From Mustelus asterias (Eukaryota), in the NCBI RefSeq assembly GCF_964213995.1, contig NC_135804.1:38564001-38628000 (forward strand): a stretch of DNA of 64,000 bases. Reading direction: 5' to 3'. This document shows, one piece after another, positions 52,615 through 62,275 of this stretch. A program made the translations under genes and the position numbers. Each line of letters opens with the position of its first letter. Positions within the stretch are counted from its first letter, which is position 1. Below the pieces are notes generated by a model. It was not told where the DNA came from. It saw nothing but the letters and a program-made list of their open reading frames with translations, and did not search any database.

Positions 52615-53350
52615 GGAGTGAGTGTAGATCGGTGTGCACAATGGTGTTGGGTGACCTGGGTTTGTTGTGAGAAAGAACAAAGGCAGTAGAGCTCTGGGTG
52701 GCTTGTTTGCAGAGTAGAATGCTGTCTGTCCAGGAGTGCATTGCAATAGTCAAGTCTAGAGGGAACAAAGGTATGGATGTCAGCAGCAGGGGTGGAAGTG
52801 GACAATGTTACAGAGGTGGAAATAGGTGGTCTTAGAGATGACGCAGGTATATAGTTGGAACGTCATCCCTGTCAAATATGAAACCAGGATTGTGAACAGG
52901 CTGATTCAGTCTCGGGCATCTGTAAGAGTGAATGGTCAGTGAACAGTTTGTCACATGGACCGAACACGATGGCTTCAGTCTTCCCAATATTTAATTGGGG
53001 CAAATCTCTGCTCCTCCAGTACTGGAGGTCAGACAAGCAATCTGACAACTTAAGACCATAGGTGGAGAGAGATGAGGTAGCGCTAGATATCATCAGCATA
53101 CATGTGGAGACTAGTGTTGTTTTCAGAAGATGTTGCCAAGGGGCAGCATGTAGATGAGGACGAGGAGGGAGTTGGGAATACATCCTTGGGGGACACCAGT
53201 TGTAACGGTGCAGAAATGGAAAGAGAAGCCATTGCAGGTGACTTGAGCTGCAATTGGATAGATAATGAATCCAGTTAAGTGGAGGCCCTCCCAACTGGAT
53301 AATGGTGGAGAGGTTTTGGAAGAAGATGGTATACTCAACGATGACAAAAA
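52615..53350 (-). mobile_element. L2-clade LINE fragment
   Basis: TTGVPQG, QLNIGKTEAIVFG, SRLDYCNALL motifs. Confidence 0.8.
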
Positions 53351-54402
53351 CTGCACACAATGAGAGTAACAACTTATATTTATGTACAAAATACAAATAC
53401 TGCAAACCATGGAAATCTGAAATAAAAAATACTGGAAATACTCAGCACATTTGGCACCATCTGTGGAGAGAGAGAAAGAGTTAAAATTTCAGGTCTGTGA
53501 CCTTTCAGCAGAACACATTCCTTTAACATAACATACACATCACAGGAGCATTATAAAACAAAATTTGACACCAAGCTACGTGAAGATGTAGGGGCGATCG
53601 AATAAAAGAAATTCTAAGTGCTGAATGAGCGTGATAAAGGGAGAGAATCACGCCCATTTTTTCAGCAAGAGAAAAATTCAAATCTTACGATGCTTAGAGA
53701 AAATAGGAGGCAAAGTGTGATTTGTGCCAGTAGGGGGAGTGGACAGAGTCTATTCATGCCGGGAAGCTGGCTGGTGATGCTAGAGAGCACGATTGTGCAT
53801 TAGTACATAGTGATTTGGGAGATTGTCACTCCCCTGCACCCCAGATTGCCGTCCCAATTGTGGCCCCCAATTACCCCTCCCCTGGCCAATTGCTGCCCCG
53901 ATTTCCGCCACCCCCATTCACCACCTCTCCCCACTCCCCCCCGCCCCCCCTCCCAGTCCATCGCCGCCCAGCAATCCCCAATTGCAAAGTGCGCAGCTCC
54001 CCATGTGATACCTCCCCTTCAGTGCCCCCCCCCCCCCCCCCAGGCCCAGTCCTTTGGCACTGGCTGGTGGGCACATGTGGAATGATGCATTCTGCGTCAA
54101 CATCAAGATTTTTCTGATGGCATACCCTTTTGCATTGTGCAAAATATGAGCCAAAGTGTTGATTGCAACAATGTCCTTTTAAACACCGTTCAGTTTTTGG
54201 TAAACAATGTCCTGCTTTCCATAACTAATACTTGTGTTGTCATCTGAATACCGTGGGAAGTCTCTCTAGGTTGAGATTGATGTTACTGAGTGTGGGTAAT
54301 GCTTCTGCTGCTATTGCTTCCGAGGCTATCACAGAAATCCAACAGTTTGCTGGAACCCCTTCTCAAAATTGAAATACCTCAAAACTGAGGGGAAACACTA
54401 AG

Positions 54403-54660
54403 GGTGGCACAGCGGTTAGCACTGCTGCCTCATAGAGCCAGGGACTTGGGTTCAATTCCTGGCTTGGGTCACAGTGTGTGCGAATTCTGCACATTCTCCC
54501 TGTGTCTGCGTGGGTTTCTTCCCATATTTGAAAGACGTGCTGGTTAGGTGCATGGGCCATGCTAAGCAGTGTACCCGAACAGGTGGCGCCTAGGGGATTT
54601 TCACAGTAACTTCATTGCAGTATTAATGTAAGCCTACTTGTGACACTAATAAATAAACTT
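54403..54660 (+). mobile_element. tRNA-derived SINE, tail type B
   Basis: ggtggcacagcggttagcactgctgcctc head; type B tail. Confidence 0.88.
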
Positions 54661-55143
54661 AAAAAAAACTTTGTTGCAACTGTATCAATAGCCGAAAAGA
54701 TCATTTGTTTTAACGTAATGAAATCTGTAGAGATTTTGGCACGAGAACATTCTCGCTCGATGTTTTTACATTTGTTTACCCACACATCAGGCCTCTGGGG
54801 AGGAGTCACTGTAGATTTCTTTATCAACCTCTGTACTGCAGTCAGTACTCCTATAGGACGGTGGTGCCTCATGACAAGGTAGACTTTCGTAGTTGGAGGA
54901 TATGCATACGATTTAATAAAGGATCTCATGATGATGCACTTGCATTTTCAATGTTAAATTTCTGCTTTTCTGACAAAACGTGCTGATTCACATCTCCCTT
55001 TCCCCAGTGTCTGGTGGTGATATCACATCAGTGCAAATTGATTTTTCTTCCTGTTTTTTGCAATGAAATCACATTCTCTCAAACATTCCAACTTGAACAA
55101 CATCTTTTTCTTCAGCATTTTGTATCTGTGTATGGTGATGGGT

Positions 55144-55698
55144 CCATGCAGACGCTACGACAACGGATGAATGAACACCGCTTGACAATCACCAGGCAAG
55201 AGTGTTTTCTTCTTGTTGGGGAACACTTCAGCGGTCACAGGCATTCGGCCTCTGATCATCAGGTAAGCGTTCTCCAAGGCGGCCTTCATGACACACGACA
55301 GCGCAGAGTCGCTGAGCAGAGACTGATAGCCAAGTTCCGCACACATGAGGACGGCCTCAACCTGGATCTTGGGTTCATGTCACACTATCTGTAACCCCCA
55401 CGACTTGCTGGGCTTGCAAAATCTCACTAACTGTCCTGTCTGGAGACAATACACATCTCTTTAACCTGTGCTTAACGCTCTCTCCACTCACATTGTCTGT
55501 ACCTTTAAGACTTGATTACCTGTAAAGACTCGCATTCCAACCATTATTTTGTAAATTGAGTTTGTGTCTTTATATGCCCTGTTTGTGAACAGAACTCCCA
55601 CTCACCTGACGAAGGAGCAGCAAGCGCTCCGAAAGCTAGTGGCTTTTGCTACCAAATAAACCTGTTGGACTTTAACCTGGTGTTGTGAGACTTCTTAC
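55144..55698 (+). mobile_element. Penelope-like element 3' fragment with 13-bp TSD and hammerhead motif
   Basis: MQTLRQRMNEHR...AEQRLIAKFRTHEDGLN; TSD TATGGTGATGGGT at 55131-55143 and 55699-55711. Confidence 0.92.
55602..55642 (+). ncRNA. Minimal type I hammerhead ribozyme motif in PLE terminal repeat
   Basis: TCAC-CTGACGA-A-GGAGC(AGCAAGC)GCTCC-GAAA-GC-TA-GTGG. Confidence 0.7.
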
Positions 55699-55907
55699 TA
55701 TGGTGATGGGTGTCAGGGTGTAGGTCTGATGAGAACAATACTATGCTCTTTTTCATAGGCACTCATTGACCGCAAAATGATTTCTAATGACTGATATCAT
55801 TATTAGCTAGTGAGGCTGAGAGGACAGCATGGCATAATGTTGAGGGCAGCATCATAATAGGCACAGGTCAGATCCAATAGGACACTTCAAATGGCATACT
55901 CTCCAAC

Positions 55908-56248
55908 TAGAATCCCTATAGTGCTGAAGAGGTTATTTGATGCATCTAGTCTGCACCAACTTTTTGGCAGAGTATCTTACCCAGTCCCTCTCCTCATCCT
56001 TGTAACCCCATGCATTTCCCATGGCTAATCCATCTAACTTACACATCTTGGGATACTAAAGGGCAATTTAGCATAGCCAATCTACCTAACCTGCATATCT
56101 TTGTGGCGGGGAGAAACCAGAGCACCCGGAGAACACCTACGCAGAAATGGGGAGAACGTGCAAACTCCATACAGACCGTCACCCAAGGCTGGAATTGAAC
56201 CCGGATTCCTGGTGCAGTGAGGCAGCAGTGCTAACCACTGTGCTGCCC
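55908..56248 (-). mobile_element. HE1-like SINE (CR1-type tail)
   Basis: Reverse of ggggcagcacagtggttagcactgctgcctcac head through tagggattcta tail. Confidence 0.85.
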
Positions 56249-57399
56249 CGACTGACAAGTAACCAATGGTAGGGTGACCATTTGGATCTGGCAAGCCTCG
56301 AATTGGTTGATTTTGATATCATTCAAACTGGTCGGGGAACGCCCATAAATGAATGAACTGTCTTTCAGGCTGGCTCTCAGCCTTGTGAACAGTGTGAGGT
56401 TCAGAATACCGCACCTAAGGGTGTCTGGTATTCGAACAGGGCTAAATGCACTGAAATCCAAACCGTCCATTACAAAACTGAACATCTGGGCACCCCAGAT
56501 TGGTAGCTGCAGACTTTCTGTGGCAAATGGAGGGCAAAAAGTTAGACAGTTAGAGTTTCGAAAGCTGTAAGTGAATTGAGAAAGAGTTCTTTTCTCAGGG
56601 GCATACACACAAAAGGAATCAGGTTTGGGAGGGAGAAAGGAGAATATGAACTTAGCCTGATACAAAGCCTGATCTAAAATAGGCACCAACTCTAATGAAG
56701 CATCACGCTGACTTGAAATGTTGGCTCTATTCCCTCTCCACACATGCTGTCAGACCTGCTGAGATTTTCCAGCATTTTCTGTTTTGGGATTAATAATAGG
56801 TCTGTCTGTGATTGATAAAACATGAGTAGTGAGGCCACGTGTTATGATAAGGAGGTAACTGTGGAAATGGGTTGGGGGGTTTATATGAGGGACATATTAA
56901 GACAAGATAGGAGGGCAGTGAAAAGAGAGAGAGAGAGCGTGATGAATTAAGATGGAAATTACCCAGGATATTTCTATTTATTTCACATGTAAACTTGTGA
57001 TTGGTGCCTTGGTCATAAAATACATCCATCCAGACCAGTGAAGATTTTGAGAGTGAATCAACCAACCAGTTTTTCTTGGTGCATCTTTATTCACATGTCT
57101 TACCAGGGTTCGAATTAGGAAAAAGCTAATTTCGCTGTTTTAGTCTTTGAAAGTCACTCTTGGGAATAGTCACCTCGAGATCCTAAAAATGTGCAGGGCT
57201 GTGGGGAGAAGAGTGGCACTCGGTGAATTGCTCCTTCAGAGAGCCGGCACAGACACTATGGGCCGAATGTACTGCACTCACACTGCAATGTGATAGAATT
57301 TCCTACTTAGATTTGCGCTAACTTTGCAATTTCCATTTCCCATGGTGGGATTTGAGTCAGTGACCCCAGAGTATTAGCCTATATTTGTAGTTTACCGGT

Positions 57400-57941
57400 T
57401 CAGTGGCCAATCCAGCCACAGGAGGAACCGGCACAGTGTTTAACGGTGGGATTGGGAATCTTCTCGCTGTCACATCACATCCGGATCGTGTTAACTCAGC
57501 GGAATGGTATTTCCCCCTCTCCTAACAAGGGCAGTAAGAGTCCCCCACTCAGTGAGGGCGCAGAGCCCCCAACTCAGTGAGGGTCCCCACAGTGAGTTTG
57601 CAGGCTCCCCTCTCGGTGAGGGTGCAGAGTCTGCCCTCTCAGACAGGTTACTCTCTGTGTTGCATTTTGAATATTCGCACGGTGTCAGCATGATAAACAT
57701 GAAGCCGGGACCAGCTTCCCCCTGCCTCTGCCCCTCATTCTCTGCCTGTCCCTCAATCACTCCCTCAGCCCCTCACCTCCCACTCTCACCCTCTCCCTCA
57801 CTCACCCTCTCCCACTCTCAGTATCTCCTCCCCATTCATTCTGTCTCCTCCCCGGTTGTGACGTTCCTGTGATTCCTGGAGCTGCGGCACAGAGACCGAG
57901 TCCACATGGTGTAGCCCAGCCCGGCCGCCCCGTGTCTGCCT
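57400..57941 (+). promoter_or_regulatory. Probable HEATR3 promoter
   Basis: GC/CpG enrichment; TGACG (CRE-half) next to TTCC at ~57859; upstream of first coding exon. Confidence 0.5.
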
Positions 57942-58567
57942 CCCGCTGCCCAGTCTCTCCCTTCCCGCTGCCCAGTCTCTCCCTCCCCGCTGCCCAGTCT
58001 CTCCCTCCCCGCTGCCCAGTCTCTCCCTCCCCGCTGCCCAGTCTCTCCCTCCCCGCTGCCCAGTCTCTCCCTCCCCGCTGCCCAGTCTCTCCCTCCCCGC
58101 TGCCCAGTCTCTCCCTCCCCGCTGCCCAGTCTCTCCCTCCCCGCTGCCCAGTCTCTCCCTCCCCGCTGCCCAGTCTCTCCCTCCCCGCTGCCCAGTCTCT
58201 CCCTCCCCGCTGCCCAGTCTCTCCCTCCCCGCTGCCCAGTCTCTCCCTCCCCGCTGCCCAGTCTCTCTCCCCCCGCTGCCCAGTCTCTCCCTCCCCGCTG
58301 CCCAGTCTCTCTTCCCCCCGCTGCCCAGTCTCTCCCTCCCCGCTGCCCAGTCTCTCCCTCCCCGCTGCCCAGTCTCTCTCCCCCCGCTGCCCAGTCTCTC
58401 CCTCCCCGCTGCCCAGTCTCTCTCCCCCCGCTGCCCAGTCTCTCTTCCCCCCGCTGCCCAGTCTCTCTTCCCCCCGCTGCCCAGTCTCTCTTCCCCCCGC
58501 TGCCCAGTCTCTCTTCCCCCCGCTGCCCAGTCTCTCCCTCCCCGCTGCCCAGTCTCTCTCTGCCCAG
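57942..58567 (+). repeat. 22-23 bp minisatellite (CCCGCTGCCCAGTCTCTCCCTC)n, ~28 copies, immediately 5' of the HEATR3 ATG
   Basis: Directly visible tandem array ending 5 nt before ATG 58573. Confidence 0.97.
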
Positions 58568-58572
58568 CAGTG

Positions 58573-58704
58573 ATGGGCAAGAAGAAAACCAGCAAATTCC
58601 CCCGCTCGCAGTTCTCCCCAATCGGGCCACCGAATGACACCCACCAGGAAGAGGAGGAGGAGGCTGGAGAAATTTGCTCGCCGGCCCGGGATTTACTGGA
58701 GAAA
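58573..58704 (+). CDS. HEATR3: HEATR3 coding exon 1 (HEAT repeat-containing protein 3); I did not find exon 2 in the window
   Basis: MGKKKTSKFPRSQFSPIG...SPARDLLEK|gtaaat resembles HEATR3 MGKSRTKRFKRPQFSP...AELLEK; CNEP1R1-HEATR3 adjacency matches known vertebrate synteny. Confidence 0.85.
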
Positions 58705-59077
58705 GTAAATTTAAAACTGTTCACTCTTGGTTTGTGTTGGTCCCAGCTGCTCCCTTTTGGACTGAAGGTGGAACTAACTTTATCCCCTGCCTCATTCCTT
58801 TTCTGTCCCATCCCTTTTTAAAAACTCATTCGTGTATTCAATTCTCTCTCCCACAAGCTCTTCAGGCGCCAACAGTTAGAAAGTAACTTTTAAAGTTAGT
58901 TTCTTACAGTTTTAGATGGTAAATAAGATATCCAGTACTGATGGGAGAAGGGGTTATATAGAAGTAGGCATCATCAAACATGTCAGTTTTGTGGAGGGGT
59001 GATGGGGTACAGGCATTCAGAGCGGGCATGCCAGCATGTGGCCTGAGTACGACTAACAACTTTGTGAATAGCATGTT

Positions 59078-59420
59078 TTTTAATTTGATTTATTACTGTC
59101 ACATGTATTAGTGTACAGTGAAAAGTGTTGTTTCTTGTATGCTATACAGACAAACCATACCGTTCATAGAGAAGGAAAGGAGAGGGTGCAGAATGTAGTG
59201 TTACAGTCATAGCTAGGGTGTAGAGAAAGATCAACTTAATATCAGGTAGGTCCATTCAAAGGCTTGATGGCAGCAGGGAAGAAGCTGTTCTTGAGTCGGT
59301 TGGTATATGTCCTCAGACTGTTGTATCTTTTTCCCCGATGGAAGAAAGTGGAAGAGAGTATGCCTGGGGTCCTTGTTTATGCTGGCTGCATCCTTGGCCT
59401 GCAGGATATTGCTGCGGTTC
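59078..59420 (-). mobile_element. Rex1/Babar-like LINE 3' end
   Basis: Near-identical to 34563-34860. Confidence 0.8.
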
Positions 59421-59422
59421 AT

Positions 59423-59722
59423 GGGCGACATGGTGGCACAGTGCTTAGCACTGCGGCCTCTCAGCGCCAGGGACCCGGGTTCAATTCCGACCCTGGGTGA
59501 TTGTCTGTGTGGAGTCTGCACATTCTCGCCATGTCTGTGTGGGTTTTCTCCGGGTGCTCCGGTTTCCTCCCACAGTCCAAAGATGTGCAGGTTCGGTGTA
59601 TTGGTCATGCTCAATTGCCCCTTAGTGTCAGGAGGATTAGCAGGGTAAATACATGGATTAAGGGGATAGGGCCTGGGAGGGACTGTTGTCGGTGCAGGCT
59701 CGATGGGCTGAGTGGCCTCCTT
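59423..59722 (+). mobile_element. HE1-like SINE (CR1-type tail)
   Basis: ggcgacatggtggcacagtg...ggttcaattcc head; tail ctcgatgggctgagtggcc...gggattcta. Confidence 0.9.
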
Positions 59723-60540
59723 CTGCACTGCAGGGATTCTAGGATAATCTGGCCATTGAACAGAAGGTACATTGGCTCAAATCTCTCAATCAGTGTTCAA
59801 ACCCTCATTTCCAGCCCTGAGTAGGCAAAAAAGTTCCCACTTACTTTCCTCCAATTTTTCTGGCCAATCATCCAATGGAGGATCCTGCAGAACTCCCAGT
59901 CAGCACGGAAACCTCGCAGACATCAGTGAAGGGAATCCATGCAGAAACCATGGCCCCTTTACACAGCAGTAGCTGCGATATTCTGATAAGTGCTCACTAA
60001 TACACTGAAAAACTTTAGGACAGTTAAACAGGCCTTCAGTGTGTTAGTGAATGAGTGTTGTCGGGCGGGTGTGGTAAGGGGGGGATAGGGTAGCAGCTGG
60101 ATAAGGTGGGGAGTCAAGGGACAGGGAGGTGGGATGTGTGTGTCGGGGGAGTCGGGTGATGGGGGAATAGTCATGTCACGTCAGGGATAGCTGGGCAGTC
60201 GAGGAGGTGTCGGGGGAGTCAGTTGTATAGTTACCCAGAAGTTACACTTGGATTTTTTTGTCCAACATTTCCTCGGTAACTATTCAGGTAAGTAAGTTGG
60301 AACCATCCAAAGTTTCTGCCTCTAACTCAGAGTTGGAAACTTTTTCAGAGAGACCCCGGGAGGAGGGGAATTGCTCGTCGTGAGTTCAAATTTCTCAGGC
60401 AATTCACATGGAGTCGGGAACACATTCTGGGAGATACGTCTGGTCTCTGATGATCTGGAGACCGGAAGATCTGGACCAATATCAATTAAGGTCTTCTATC
60501 TGCATCTGACAGTGAATCACTAGGCCAGTTGTACAGTCTC

Positions 60541-60815
60541 AGTGGCATAGTGGTTAGCACTACTGCCTCACAGTGCCAGGGACCCAGGTTCAATTCCTGG
60601 CTTGGGCCACTGTCTATGTGGAGTTTGCATGTTCTCCCTGTGTCTGCATGGGTTTCCTCCCAGTCCAAAGACGTGCTGGTTAGGTGCATTGGCCATGCTA
60701 AATTCTCCCTCAGTGCACTCGAACAGGCACCGGAGCGTGGTGACTAGGGAGTTTTCCACAGTAACTTCATTGCAGTGTTAATGTAAGCCTACTTGTGACA
60801 CCAATAGATAAACTT
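60541..60815 (+). mobile_element. tRNA-derived SINE, tail type B
   Basis: Same as 13837/18624/54403 copies. Confidence 0.88.
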
Positions 60816-61244
60816 AAAAAAAACTTTTATCCTCGACATTCTTATAAGGTTGCAGGCCTCAAGTTTAGGAATGCAAGGATAGAATTGCCCAAGGTAGAAC
60901 TGTGAGGGAGTTAAAAAGGATACGGAAAATGAGGGAGGTGTTAAGGGAGGTGAACAGAAGCTGCAGTGTAATGGTTTGTAGAAGGCCAGAGAAGAGGATG
61001 CTTGATAGATTTTTCAGAATAAAGCTTTGGAAATGGGTGGTGAGCTGTCGATGCTGAAGCAAAGAAATGTGATTTGGGGTAAAACAAACGTGTATTTATG
61101 TGTTGCTTTTCACATCCTCAGGATGTTGCAATGGACACACCCATTTACCCAGGTTTAATAGGCTTCGGGGCAGATTGGCATAGCCAATTTTTAGGAAGCC
61201 TCGATTGTGTTGGGGGTACTCCTGGAGTTTAGCAATTGCATAAC

Positions 61245-61590
61245 TGTCACTGAAGTACTTTTGAAGTCTAGTCATTGTTATAATGTAGGAAATGTCGCAG
61301 CTATTTAGAACGCAGTATGTTCCCAGAAACCGCAATGTAATAATGACCAGATAATCTGTCTTTTTAGGTGCTTGAGGATAAATATTGGCCTGGACAGCAG
61401 GGATAATCTCACCACAGAGGGTAGACCAGTCCTCAGTTTAATATCTCATCTGTAAGATGCCATCTTGATGGAGATCACTATACTGCGTTGGAGTGTTGGA
61501 CTAGATTTTTGTATTCAGGTTTCTAGAGTCAGACTTGAACCCACAATCTTGTAATTCAAGCAAGATTGCTACCAACTGAGCTACAGCTCA
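61245..61590 (-). mobile_element. Ancient Deu-domain SINE (SacSINE1-like)
   Basis: Similar to 20540-20845; tRNA-like head (tgctaccaactgagctac, reverse). Confidence 0.55.
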
Positions 61591-62019
61591 AAACCTTCTC
61601 AACAATAGAAAAATGAAAGGTGGCAAGATCTTGCAAGGTGGCAAAAGTGGTTGCAGAAGTTAATCTATAGTCTTCGGTTTGTGTGAGGAGAATGCAGATT
61701 AATTGGAGGAGAAGAGATGGGAAGTGTTTAAATTGAAATCGTCAAAGACAAATTGTTGCTGTATCAGAGAGTATAATGAGACGAGTTTCAGCAAGGAAAT
61801 AGCTATGAAATTTGGAAGAAGTATTAAGTGGTGCTCAAAGGGCCTGTGGAATATTAGAGGGAGATGTGGACCTCTGTTACAGAGCAACTGTTCTATTTGG
61901 ATCAGTTTGCGTTAAATTCATACAATTTGTCTTTGCATAATAACACAAAATGACAAGTAAGTTATGTTTCACCACATTAGTTGTCTGTCTCGACTTAAGC
62001 AAGTTGATTTTTAAACTTT

Positions 62020-62275
62020 GGTTCCAAAGAAGCGTCATATCCGACTCAAAACATTAACTTGGTTTCTCTCTCCACAGATGCTGCCGGACCTACTGGGTTT
62101 TTCCATTATTTTCTGTTTTTAATTCCTAAATACCCTCCTGCATCATAGTCTTACGAACCTGAGAATGTGAAACAAAAACAGAAAATGCTGGAAAATCTCA
62201 GCAGGTCTGACAGCATCTGTGGAGAGGAATAGAGCCAACATTTCGGAGCTGGATGACCCTTCGTCAGAGCTCTGG
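62020..62275. repeat. Inverted pair of ~100-bp hammerhead-bearing short repeats
   Basis: 62020-62120 (+) and 62170-62275 (-) are homologous (ctctccacagatgctg..agacct.ctg..ttt.cca..attttctgtttt); the minus copy retains CTGACGA...GAAA. Confidence 0.7.

Noticed and set aside
50555-58704. In-frame CNEP1R1-HEATR3 read-through fusion via the acceptors next to the HEATR3 ATG
   Set aside because: Splicing phase-0 exon 5 to the last acceptors (58568 or 58571) reaches TGA within two codons; no in-frame fusion at those sites
57798-58811. Long ORFs of 234-337 aa on both strands
   Set aside because: Generated by the stop-free 22-bp minisatellite; no domain or codon evidence
59770-60480. Possible old MITE with imperfect terminal inverted repeats (ATTGGCTCAAATCT / AGATCTGGACCAAT)
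   Set aside because: TIR match is short and imperfect with no clear TSD; too weak to call
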